Position numbers and translations under genes: made by a program. The notes below the pieces were generated by a model, which was given only the letters and a program-made list of their open reading frames with translations, ran no database searches and had not been told where the DNA came from. A DNA stretch of 64,000 bases from Balanoglossus misakiensis (lineage: Eukaryota; Animalia; Hemichordata), in NCBI GenBank assembly GCA_040954595.2, contig CM082591.2, positions 11,611,309 through 11,675,308 of the forward strand, in the 5' to 3' direction. Of the stretch, positions 23,827 through 35,840 are shown one piece after another. Numbering within the stretch: position 1 is the first letter of the stretch; every line of letters begins with the position of its first letter.

Positions 23827-23923
23827 TTAATAATAATAATTTTTAATATTTTTTCCATTTTTTATTCATAATAATAATATTTGATATTCATTTGACCACA
23901 ACTATGAGCCTGAGTTCCCTGTG
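22359..23923. mobile_element. Foldback element with ~490-bp TIRs and 7-bp TSD (P/Galileo-like)
   Basis: Arms 22359-22857 and 23436-23923 begin CACAGGGAACTC; ATTAAAA on both flanks; (TAT)n inside both arms. Confidence 0.85.
22938..23234. mobile_element. MITE with AT target duplication, copy 1
   Basis: Ends TCTTTACTATCAA ... TTGATAGCGAAGA, AT on both sides; second copy at 26373-26644. Confidence 0.75.
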
Positions 23924-24524
23924 ATTAAAATTTGAAACTAACAGAAAAAAAATCTATGAATTGAACACCTGTTTTACACTATATCAATGTAACGAAATAA
24001 AAAAAAAACTTTTTTGTAACACTTGAAATAAAGAACAAGTAGGGTTAAATGTCAACAATATCAGTCATAACTAAGCTAATTCGTCGTATCAGTTCTCCTG
24101 AGGTATGCGGTATGCAGCTGCCAAAATACAATGTTGTCGCTTTGGGCTTCAAAATTGAAGTGAAATAACGGAACTTTTGCGGGAAAGAAATTGTTACATT
24201 TTATCAATTTAGTCAAAGCCCATGAGTACAGCACATGCTCTCACTATGCTGGTAGATTCCACTTTTGGTAAGGGCCATTGCACTCAACATTTATGAAGAA
24301 AGACAAAAACTTTCCGTATAATGACAAAAAAAAGATATAAAAATAATCTAATAAAGCTAGTACAGACTACAATTTATCATTTTTTTAACAAGAAGTAGTC
24401 AATCTATATATTTTCACCTTTGGAAATTTACCCCCTGCCTGTGTAGAATATTTATCCCTCCCCTTTTCTTCAAACATAATGAGATTGACAAGAATTTAAA
24501 GGGCAGCTGATTTACACAGCATAT

Positions 24525-25090
24525 TTGCAGCTGTGGAAAAGTTTCCCCCTGCCTGTAGAATTTATTCCCTTCTTGTTCAGTCTTTTTTGCAGCTGTGGAA
24601 AAGTTTCCCCCCTGCCTGTAGAATTTATTCCCTTCGTGTTCAGTCTTTTTTGTAGCTGTGGAAAAGTTTCCCCCTGTCTGTACCCTTTGTGTTCAGTCTT
24701 TTTTGTAGCTGTGGAAAAGTTTCCCCCCTGCCTGTAGAATTTATTCCCTTCGTGTTCAGTCTTTTTTGTAGCTGTGGAAAAGTTTCCCCCTGCCTGTACC
24801 CTTCGTGTTCAGTCTTTTTTTGTAGCTGTGGAAAAGTTTCCCCCTGTCTGTACCCTTTGTGTTCAGTCTTTTTTGTAGCTGTGGAAAAGTTTCCCCCCTG
24901 CCTGTAGAATTTATTCCCTTCGTGTTCAGTCTTTTTTGTAGCTGTGGAAAAGTTTCCCCCTGCCTGTAGAATTTATTCCCTTCGTGTTCAGTCTTTTTTG
25001 CAGCTGTGGAAAAGTTTCCCCCTGCCTGTACCCTTCGTGTTCAGTCTTTTTTTGTAGCTGTGGAAAAGTTTCCCCCTGCCTGTAGAATTT
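24525..25090. repeat. Tandem array of ~52-63 bp units inside Ginger1
   Basis: About 10 copies of GYAGCTGTGGAAAAGTTTCCCCCTG, with long and short unit variants. Confidence 0.95.
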
Positions 25091-26360
25091 TCACCACTTC
25101 ACTGCCTATTGAAAAAAAATCCCGACCCCAAGTTCACCCGATGTGCAGTCCGTCTTCCGCATAAAAAAAAAGTCTTTCTGTCAAATTATTAAGCATTCCA
25201 ACTATTGAAGCATCATATAAATGGTGCAATGGAAACTATAGTAGTATAAATTACCGTATTTGTCTGTAAACTCACCTTTAAGTTGACGCCGTTTATCCAA
25301 TTATCCGATCGTAGTATGTCACCCATATCGGCGCAGTTATTTATAATTGATTGAATCAGTCATTTACACCTTGCCTGTCAGCTATACACCGAGTTCCACG
25401 TAACAGTCGAGTGTAGATCAGCAAAAAGCTGTCGGAAAACTGTCCCGAAAACGACAACGGTGCACGCAAAATCCGCGATCGATCGAGCAGACAAGCGAAA
25501 CAAACACATGTTATTGTGAATGTTTACACTGTCTTTAGTTCAGGCGAGGTCAAGTCATCTGAGGACGTCAACACAGCATCGAGAAAATTGAAAAAAATTA
25601 CACGATACCGCCTTCTAAAGAACCCTCTTTGTACAATTTCGTTTAGATGAGAAGTCCTTTTGTATAAAATAAGCGATATTTTATATAAAAAAAATAGTCA
25701 CGATATCATGGTATTTTCGGCGATTTATGCCTACCCGGAATAAATTCTACAGCTAATTGACCGCTGACGAGCAGGGACGACTGCGCATGCAAAAGGGGCG
25801 TGTTCTGCGCAGGTGGATTCCACAGCAGGTGTGCCGAATTCGGCCCCATGCCGAATACGTCCCCAAACAAACCATGGCTTCTAAGGGATAAGATCGGCAG
25901 GTAAAGCTGCCGATTTCAGCCCCGTTGCCGATTAAGACCCCAACTAAAGTCATGTTAACTATTGAAAGCTAAAAGTGATGGTTTCGGCCTAAATGGGTGA
26001 ATATCTGCCCATGGCCCTGATTTGTTGGTGGAATGAAATTAAATCCTTGCGGTAATGCAATGTTCAAGTTTACAGTGCAGTACAATGTACATTCATGCAC
26101 AGCCTTACATGCACGTTGGATGGCAAAACTTTCACACAAGAAAATGCAATATTTCAGACACATGTTACTGATGACCCGAGCTTTTACTCTTACATAAGTT
26201 TGCGTGCATGAACCATGTTTTGGTTTGCAGTGGAAATTCTAGTCGAAACTACTGCCAACTTAGGGCCGTTTTCTGAATAGAAATCACGCTTGTTTGTCAA
26301 GGCATGCGCGGGACGTATTCGGCATGGGGCCGAATTCGGCCCAACACCGGATAAAATAAA

Positions 26361-27796
26361 CGGAGTGTCTATTCTTTACTATCAATCACGTGATCTGGCA
26401 ATGCGTCCCATGGCGCAGTCATTTCCAGATGACGGGCAAGCAATATTTCGGCATCCAGTAAAAGTTTTTCCGAGTATGTTTTTACTTTAGAACCGCCAAA
26501 CACATAACACATATCGGGTATGTTGCCTCACAGTCTTTGTCTGCACCACGTAAGTCCACGTTGCTGAAGTTGCCCGTCATCTGGAAATTTGAATGCGAAC
26601 GTAACTGCCACCTGAACGCGTCTGACGTCATTTGATAGCGAAGAATTGACACGCGCGTGTCAATAGCCAGTGCTTGTCGGGCCGGCTATTGACACGCGCG
26701 TGTCAATAGCCAGTGCATAGGGGGCCGGCTATTGACACGCGGGGACTTTAATATTCTCAAATTATTGCCGATTTTTGAAAACCAAAGCACATTTCACATA
26801 GTCCATTAAATGATTCGTCTTTTCTTCCCCGAAAATCAGATGAAACGAAGTGCAAAATTCCGAAAGTCAAAGCGTATGTCATAGTTCTTCTACCCGTTCT
26901 ACGCGTGTACGCCTGCCGATTCTAAGCTTATCTCCTGACCGTGACACGGGGATTTTCCCTCCATTTTACTGCCGACTTTTATAAAGCAATGCACATTTTC
27001 CATCGGAGGACTTATCTTTTCCGCCGAAAATGTAGATGAAAGGAAGTGCAAATTTCTGAAATATTTCTGAGCATCGCTACGATTGTTTTACTGTTCATGC
27101 ACTACGGCCGCTGCACACAGAGGGACACACTCACCGCGACGCTGACCTCAACAGCGCGGACATACTGTAAAATATTTCGTTTGAATTGAGAGATTTTTTC
27201 ATGATGAACAAATTCATTGCTTGTTGGGAAATACGTTACAACTTGAACCGTGGTGTGACAACTTACTTAGTCCCCAAATGCATGCCTTGCAGGGTCCAGT
27301 GCAATGACGTGTATTACCGAAATTAACTTTTTCATGCCATAGCACTAGCAGTCAGATTTTTCCTGGTTGAAGCAACGAAAATGACGTATTGCCCAGTGCA
27401 GTCTGACATACTTCGAAATACATTTTCTTTATTTTACACCTCGCAACGGAGGATACGGAATGTGCATTGCTTTATAAAAGTCGTGTCACGGTCAGGAAAT
27501 AAGCTTAGAATCGGCAGGCGTACACGCGTAGAACGGGTAGAAGAACTATGACATTACGCTTTGACTTTCGGAATTTTGCACTTCGTTTCATCTGATTTTC
27601 GGGGAAGAAAAGACGAATCATCTAATGGACTACGTGAAATGTGCTTTGGTTTTCAAAAATCGGCAATAATTTGAGAATATTAAAGTCCCCGCGTGTCAAT
27701 AGCCGGCCCCCTATGCACTGGCTATTGACACGCGCGTGTCAATAGCCGGCCCGACAAGCACTGGCTATTGACACGCGCGTGTCAATGGACACGGCC
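26361..27796. mobile_element. Mutator-like foldback element with 9-bp TSD
   Basis: TAAAATAAA at 26352-26360 and 27797-27805; inverted arms of about 330-350 bp with repeated ATTGACACGCGCGTGTCAAT palindromes. Confidence 0.8.
26373..26644. mobile_element. MITE with AT target duplication, copy 2, inserted in the MULE left TIR
   Basis: Removal restores gtgtctATtgacacg, which mirrors the right MULE end. Confidence 0.8.
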
Positions 27797-27829
27797 TAAA
27801 ATAAAACGGGCCGATAACATCCAAGAGCG

Positions 27830-28015
27830 AACTTCGACAAATACTTCCGCATTTCCATGCCAGGGACGTCACTATATGTAAATACAGGGTCTGAGCATGC
27901 GCAGACATATTGTAGGCAGTTGCCAAATTTGGAGGTTTGTCCTACTGGTTATTGACGTTATGTACATCGACTTTCGGGTATTTTCGGTTTGAACTTGTAC
28001 ATCCTCCCTTCCAGC
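27830..28015 (+). promoter_or_regulatory. Candidate housekeeping-type promoter
   Basis: CpG-containing stretch with GACGTCA (CRE-like), GCATGCGCA (NRF1-like), TACTTCCG (ETS-like) and a pyrimidine run before ATGGCG. Confidence 0.45.
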
Positions 28016-28504
28016 ATGGCGTCGTGTGAACACGGTAAGTAAAAAATTTCAGTCGAATTTCATGAAAATCGATGTCCGTGTGACCAATTGCCCGCCATGA
28101 TTCGAATCGACATAACAAGCAATAGAACGTACCAGTTTAAAAACCATCGATCTGAACCTTCTATACCTAGTTTAAGTCAATTGACCTGTTGTTTCATGTT
28201 CCCTATACAGTGTTGAACGAAACAATGTCTTCAAACAGTAGATTATCTAATGGGGACGGTTTTTGCGAATGGTTTGCTCACTTCCGGTGTGCTAGATTTG
28301 TCAAAGCGCGTTTTCACGTGTACGGGTATAGGTACATGCATGTACCTATTTCAATTGAACTTGTTTTTCAATGTTTTGAAAGGATCGGGTAGGTGACTCT
28401 GCTTTCTGAACGGAACCGTGCCTCTTTCTTCCCCAACAGGTCCAACTACACGTGGTCCTAGTGGCCAAGTTATCAACGTGATTTTTGAAAACCTGATATG
28501 GTAA
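28016..28504 (+). CDS. Candidate two-exon micro-ORF, MASCEHGPTTRGPSGQVINVIFENLIW (27 aa)
   Basis: Exon 28016-28034 ends G|gtaagt; exon from 28440 follows ctctttcttccccaacag; TAA at 28502-28504; AATAAA near 28706, 28807 and 28826. Confidence 0.5.
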
Positions 28505-29304
28505 TTTATTCCTACAGTTTTCCTAAGTTTGGAGTGATCAACAACTTTGGTTACCTCAAGTGAGATGTCATGATTTAAAACAGTACTATGATGGTAGCCT
28601 TCTGTCAACTGCATTTCTAGTTTCATTTCATGTTAGTAATGTGTGGTTCAGTTGCTATTTACATTACACAGAGACTATGAAGCCCTTTCTGAATTCCATT
28701 GTTCTCAATAAATTACACAAACACATGATGTACAGAAATGAATATATTTAAATATTTATTTCTTAAATCCTGGCAACAAACAAACAAATAAGTGTGTATA
28801 AACATGAATAAATATTTCAACTTTTAATAAAAAATATGGTCTCTTGATTCATTTTTGATCAGCCCCCTTCCCCCATCATTGATTCTACTCATGTAAATGT
28901 GTTTGTTTGCATAATTTAGACGGTGTCGCTTGTTCACTAAATATTCTATCTTTAACTTCTTCTTGCCGTAAGTCTTCTTATTCCCCACTTCACTATTCCT
29001 GTCTGGTGTCTTTTCATTTGACTGAAGGTGAAAAGTTTAAAGACGTTGTTAATGCACATGACACACATACAGTAAATAATAAGGTGTAAATATAAATATG
29101 TGAACAGCGTCAACAACGTTATTATGTTCAAATACTAGCATCTGATGATGCATACAAACAACTTTGCTCACTGGACTATGCTGACATGATAGTCATGGTA
29201 ATTATCTCATCACATGCTTTGTTTATCAACATACACCCAGGTATTTCAGGCTATAACTATGGCGAAAATTGTGTGTAATGCTATTCAACCGATTTAAATC
29301 GTTC

Positions 29305-31069
29305 AAAAAATAGCGTCAAGGACACTGTGGTCCCATTTGAGGACATAGCACATAGCAACATAGCAATAAGCATATCTGCTCTGGATGCCAAGATATGGAA
29401 AAGTAGGTCAAAGGTCACCTGAGGTCATGTAAAATTTGGGCAAGAAATTTTGACCCTATACTGGTCCATGTTCAACAAAAACCAAACCTATAGCCTTATT
29501 GGTTAGCCTGGAATTAGGTATGCACATAATTAATGAGATATGCAGGTGTCACAGGTGACCCCAATTTTGGCTTCTCAATTTTAGTGCCAATCCTCCAAAC
29601 GCCAAGTCTGTACCTGCTCTGGATGCCAAGATATGGAAAAGTAGGTCAAAGGTCACCTGAGGTCATGCAAAATTTGGGCAAGAAATTTTGACCCTATACT
29701 GGTCCATGTTCAACAAAAACCAAACCTATAGCCATATTGGTTAGCCTGGAATTAGGAATGCACATAATTAATGAGATATGCAGGTGTAACAGGTGACCCC
29801 CAATTTTGGCTTTTCAATTTTAGTGCCAACCCTCAAAACGCCAAGTCTGTATCTGCTCTGACTGCCAAGATATGGTAAAGTAGGTCAAAGGTCACCTGAG
29901 GTCATGCAAAATTTGGGCAAGAAATTTTGACCCTATACTGGTCCATATTCAACAAAAACCAAACCTATAGCCTTATTGGTTAGCCTGGAATTAGGTATGC
30001 ACATAATTAATGAGATATGCAGGTGTCACAGGTGACCCCCAATTTTGGCTTCTCAATTTTAGTGCCAATCCTCCAAACGCCATGTCTGTACCTGCTCTGG
30101 ATGCCAAGATATGGAAAAGTAGGTCAAAGGTCACCTGAGGTCATGCAAAATTTGGGCAAGAAATTTTGACCCTATACTGGTCCATGTTCAACAAAAACCA
30201 AACCTATAGCCCTATTGGTTAGCCTGGAATTAGGTATGCACATAATTAATGAGATATGCAGGTGTCACAGGTGACCCATATTTTTTCTTCTCAATTTTAG
30301 TCCCAACCCTCCAAACGCCAAGTCTGTACCTGCTCTGGATGCCCAGATAAAGGAAAGTAGGTCAAAGGTCACCTGAGGTCACCCAAAATTTGGGCAAGAA
30401 ATTTTGACCCTATACTGGTCCATGTCCCATAAGAACGAAACCTCTAGCCCTATTAATTAGCCCGGAATTAGGTATGCACATAATTAATGTGTTAAGCAGG
30501 TGTTACAGGTGAGCCCAAAAATTTGCCTTTTATTTTGGCCCCATTGTGCTCACTGGCCAATAGACAGTCACTGTACAGGACTATTGCACAGACCAGAATT
30601 CCACAATAAGACGTGGACATAGCTTAACCATAGAGGTATAAGTAAAGGTATAAATTTAATAAAAAGACTAAATAATTCATAAAAAATAAAACATCCATGA
30701 TATCAACTTAACACTTACAGGTCGGTGTGAGGTTGACATAAGGTACATACATATCAATTTTCAAAGCAATCTGACCAGTAATTGTTGAGTTACAGAGTTT
30801 TGATCAATTTCACATTTTACAAGCTAATTTGCATATTTTTGGGCCTGGCAACTTCGTTTGGACAAACTCCCATCTACAGCCCAGCCTGCACCTACACATC
30901 AAATATTGAGGTGATACGCGCAGCGGTTTTCAAGTTTTTGATGTGGACGGACATACAGACATACAGACATACATCCATACATACATCCATCCATCCATAC
31001 ATACATACAGACGCAACCCATCCCATAAGGTCCCATGGTATATAGGCCTATACCAATGGGACCTAAAAA
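29305..31069 (-). mobile_element. Helentron-associated (HINE/DINE-1-like) element with ~239-bp tandem repeats
   Basis: GGTCCCATT/AATGGGACC subterminal inverted repeats, short end stem-loop, (CATA/CATC)n microsatellite, A-run flanks; five units at ~29375-30520. Confidence 0.8.
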
Positions 31070-31403
31070 CGGGACTTAGAAACGTGTGAAAAGTTGCTCC
31101 CAATCACTGTGTATTCTAGAAAGTGTTGATGGTGACGGTATGGTGTTCCACGGAGTGACCGTGGGTGATCGCACGTCAAAGTTCCGCGAACACACTGGCA
31201 TTTCATTTCAATGACACTCCATTTCTTCCAGATAATACAAAAAACACAATCAGTGCATGTTCTAAACACAATACGGCCAATTCAAATTATCATGAAAATG
31301 TATTACCGTTGATGGTTGCTCCATTATCCTGCCCGGGATTAAAGACTGGGTCGATTATCCACGCAACAGAAGATAGACCGTCGACCGCCATGTGATGTTC
31401 CAT

Positions 31404-31718
31404 ATTATATTATACCAGTATATTGATGGTGTAAATCACGCTATTTGATTGGTCGAGACACGACACGTGACCGTGATATATTAGCCATATACCACAGTCA
31501 TATATCATAGTTAAAGAAAATGCCTTTTTAAAATGTTTTATGCAAAGTTTCAATATACTGGCATAATATAATAGCAATAAAACACCCCCAGCCATGGTAT
31601 ACCACTCGATTTTGACCAGTTCAACTCCATATACGCACTCGCTATCGCTCGTGCGTATATGTCGTGAACTGGTCAAAATCTCGTGATATACCATGGCTGG
31701 GGGTGTTTTATTGCTTAA
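31404..31718. mobile_element. Hairpin-ended Crypton-like element
   Basis: Near-identical inverted copy at 61725-62054; ~140-bp terminal hairpin. Confidence 0.7.
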
Positions 31719-33627
31719 ACATAACCTGGGTCAGATGACGTGACCTTTGTTCAGCTTCCGGCAATCCACGTCATATCGCACATGCGCGTTGGCGCTAAAC
31801 ACTAAAGTAGTTGCGCATACGCAGGTCGCCAAATTTGGAGGTTTGTCCTACTGTTGGCTGGTACCCTGCCTCGGTGACAAACACCAAAGAGGCAGGTAAA
31901 CACAAACCGCCATATTTAGAATTTTGGAATCTGATTGGCTAATAAATGAACGTTCTATAACTTCCGGGCTACATTCAATCTGTCGCGTTTCTTGACATTC
32001 ATTTTTAGTCTTCCCGAATATACATATTTTTAAAAAACCAACAGTTTATGATGGAAGTGAAGCTAAAATCAATACTACTACTGACACAAATGTTGGCTGG
32101 TATGCACATTAGCCACTTCCGGGAAAGTGTCAAATAACTAACACTTTTCAAAATGGCGGTCGGCACAACGAAACCACAAAAGATCGAAACCTCAAAATGC
32201 GGCAGCAACTGTCACTATTTCCTTAAATACCACAAGGCGGGGAGGCATGAATTGCAATTAAGATAATAAAGAAATTTCGACAATGATACTGTGTTGTGTG
32301 AGTTACATGTGTTTCTATATAATATATAACTACTACTTTTACCCCCCATCAGTGTTTGACCCTCGAAAGCTTACGGACACTACTGCTTTGTTTCAACTAA
32401 TCCTTAGCCCTGTGAATATACTCGTACATTGACCTTTTGGGGCGGGATTCTTTTTTGGCGCGCAACCACTAGTACCAGGCTCTTATTTGGAAACTTTTAA
32501 AAAAATCATACGCCACCGTCTTGATGACTGGCCCCTATTTTAATAATGGTTTCGTCGTTTCGCTGTTTCGTTTCGCTGTTTCGTTGTTTCGCAAAGTATA
32601 ACTAGCCGCTTATTGCACATCTGGCTGGCTGGCTGGCTGTCTGTCTGCCCAACGATTTAAAACACTTGAAAACCAAATCATGTCGGTATACAGGTGCATT
32701 GTAGATAGGAATTTGTTCAAATTCAATTTTTCCCAAATTCAACTTAAATTCAACAACAAATGTTCAATTTGACTTCAGGCTCATCAACAGAAGTTTAAAG
32801 TACAGGATAAAGAGTATTCATGATAAAATTGTATACAAGAAAAGGCGATTGAGATAAAATTACACACATCTGCAGCCATGATTAAAAGGTGAAATTGACA
32901 TTGAATTTAAAATTGATACAGCTTTTGGGAGAAATGATCGATATTTCCTGGCAAATGGAACTTTATATAGAGGGTGTGTGCCTCTCTTTCAACTGCCTAA
33001 TTGTCCATGTTTGCCAGAGAATTTTGACAGCAAGACATGCAACACCATGTACTAAAATATGTAAATTAGCTGAAATGTGAAAATGGTCCACTACAGAAAC
33101 CTGAGGACCACTGCATGTATATTCAGTGCCTTAATGAATGCTGGGCTGTAGATCCAGTCATCGATCAATACAAGTGACTTACCTAGAACAAACAGGGGAA
33201 TGTTGTATACATGGTTTAATAGTGTATTAAGTCATACTAACAAAACACCAAGATGTAAGGTCACTCAGGGAAATGCAAAAAACAATAGTCAAAACTAAAA
33301 AACTGAACAACTACTGACCAGACTGCTTTGAAAATTAACGAGCATCTTCTCTCGGTAGATGTTTTTATAGCAATGTTTTGATCAGAATTCCAATTTTCAA
33401 ATATGTCTGGACTGATAGTTTTCCAGACTTTTGAAAAAAACTCAAATTTTGTCTGTTTTGAGCGCCCCCTTGAGTTAGGAAAGCATTGTGACGCATTATT
33501 TGTCTTTAATTATACTGTCAATTATATTGTGCAAAAATGTTCTCCAGACTGGTTGCCCAGGTGTTTGTGTGGTTTCCACATATAAGTTTTCATGTAGGCT
33601 TTTCTAATTGAAGTAATTACTTTGTGT

Positions 33628-33818
33628 TAAAGGTATACGGTCACCTATGCAAATATAGCTAGAGTTACCATGGCAAATTGAGATCTAGCCAATCACAGAT
33701 TTTCAGGGGGTGGCACACGCGAAAAAAGAGCGCCGCCATTATGTTCTTTAGAACACTAAAATACGCAATTTTTGACATATATGGGCATATGTAAATCAAA
33801 GGTGACCGTATTCCTTTA
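33628..33818. mobile_element. TTAA-flanked MITE
   Basis: TTAAAGGTATACGGTCACC ... GGTGACCGTATTCCTTTAA. Confidence 0.75.
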
Positions 33819-34073
33819 ATATTGCAATTTTTCAAAGGAATTTACTGTATCTTATAGTGATATCTGATAGTGAATGTTGTGTACTAAAATAAAATATGAA
33901 GAAAAAATAATGAAAATATAGAATTTGAGAAAACGCTAATGCAATATTGTCATGCAGCATGCTGGACGGAATCACTGTTTCCTATTTATATTTGTTTGTA
34001 AATGATGTACAAAATATGTCAAAATCGGGGAAAATGTCAATATTTTTAATAGTCCCCACCTTCATTTGTTTAT

Positions 34074-34077
<4 letters not shown>

Positions 34078-34120
<43 letters not shown>
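34078..34120. repeat. (GAT)n microsatellite
   Basis: Directly visible. Confidence 0.95.
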
Positions 34121-34377
34121 TATGGTTTTCTTTTACCAGCTGTAAAATGATTAATTTACAGTAGAATTATGCCACTAAGTTTCATGTCGATTCTTTGCTG
34201 CTATTTGCTTCAATGGATAATGCCGAATAACTGTGTGCCAACATCTGGCATTTTCCCCATTTGGAACGTTTTCACTTTTCACTTCCTAACTATAGGGGGC
34301 GCTACATAGCCTGAAATTGCTTTTGTGCCAACGAAAGAAGCAATTATCTCAGACTGCCATCTTGGCTGTTGTATTAA

Positions 34378-35277
34378 AGGCACGTAAGCTGTAACTTTTG
34401 GGATAATTTTCATAATTTTTGTTTCACACTGCACTACCATTAGTCCATGCAGATGAAGGCAGTGAACTATACACAAGCATTATAAACCCTAAATATGAGT
34501 GCATATGCAAGTTTTAACCAGATAAATAATAAAGCTTTGCCGCAAGCGATTATGGCCGCCACCGTGGGAAAATGAAAGAAACAATGAAAATGCATTCTCG
34601 CCCCACCAGACTACGGATTTCTTTCGTTTCACTATCGAAATCACGTACTCTGGTTAAAATGGAGTACCGCGCTGGTATTTGAACATATTGGTAATGCATA
34701 TTCATGAGATGACATCATTATAATCTGGCCAATCAAAGCCCATCTCTCAAGGAGAGCTGGGACAAGAGCACTTCTCAGAGCACTGCCACTGGAAGCCGCC
34801 ATGTTGTTTAGAATGAGATGTAATGAGATGCGTGAATGGGATGTAACAAGCAATCTGATTGGTTGTTGGATGTACTGTGAAAGCGCCTAGACCAAATACT
34901 GAATACATGGCCGTATTATACCACGGCCTTTTTGCGGGAAGCAGAGCGCTGCCGTAAAAGGGCCGTGGTTTGCGACAATGTGAAAATGTCGCATTTCCGG
35001 TTGTGAAACTTCATAAACAAAACATGATCTCATCCACTTGAGCTCATGGAAGTAAATGTACACCACTGAGACATCAGATTTTCATTTTTCATTGCAATAT
35101 TGCACTTTTTTAAAAATTTCAGGAATTTTCGTTTTTCTTTAATTTTTGGCCATTTTGTCATAAATAAGTGTTGAGCTTGATATATTATCATGAAATAGCC
35201 TTTAATAGATATAATTAAAATCATATATGAGATTATTTAAAACATTGATTTTTTATCCAGTTGCAGCTTACGTGCCT
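34378..35277. mobile_element. TTAA-flanked Kolobok-like non-autonomous element
   Basis: TIR AGGCACGTAAGCTG, TTAA on both sides. Confidence 0.85.
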
Positions 35278-35443
35278 TTAACTACACTCAAACATGCAAC
35301 ATCCCATGAGCCCAAAGTCGTTTTAATTACTTTTTCTGTGGTTTAACTCTGATTTGTTCATGAAAAAGCATAATTTATGCAACAATGTAGTCAAATTTAT
35401 ACATGGTACTCCCCCAAAACACAAACAAACAACAACAACAACC

Positions 35444-35840
35444 TAGTCTAGAATCTATCCGTTCGTAGTCGCATTCACCCTACTACCGTCTAGGAACGCC
35501 TAACCAAAATCTAGTAAGGCCATAAAAATGGTAATTTGAATGTGAATAGTCTCCAACTGAGCAATCTGACGTCAAGCGTCACCACGTGATCATGATTATG
35601 TATCATTCGGGGCGGAGCTACATTGTAAACATAATTAACATTCAACGTCATCACCTCATTAACATCAACGGCCAATCAGTAGTCGGTCAACGTAAGTGAT
35701 TGACTTCTCTGACGTCAGACTGCTCAGTTGGAGACTATTCACATTCAAATTACCATTTTTATGGCCTTACTAGATTTTGGTTAGGCGTTCCTAGACGGTA
35801 GTAGGGTGAATGCGACTACGAACAGATAGATTCTAGACTA
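35444..35840. mobile_element. Palindromic MITE with 8-bp TSD
   Basis: ~130-bp TIRs starting TAGTCTAGAATCTATC; CAACAACC on both flanks. Confidence 0.9.

Larger units (their letters stand above)
15135..26346 (-). mobile_element. Ginger1-type DNA transposon, decayed, only one terminus found
   Basis: Spliced Gypsy-like integrase with GPY/F, Ulp1 and PHD domains and no RT, gag or LTR. Terminus 5'-TGTTGGGCCGAATTCGG (minus strand) ends at 26346 beside CCGG. Left boundary is approximate. Confidence 0.85.

Noticed and set aside
22424-23858. Twin ORFs with poly-Tyr on opposite strands
   Set aside because: Translation of the (TAT)n tract in mirrored TIR arms.
25275-25330. First coding exon of the Ginger1 transposase (AAG|gtgagt on minus strand)
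   Set aside because: The required phase has a stop codon; at most a 5' UTR exon.
29142-29185. C/D snoRNA (TGATGA ... CTGA)
   Set aside because: Only about 45 nt from box to box and no clear terminal stem or guide.
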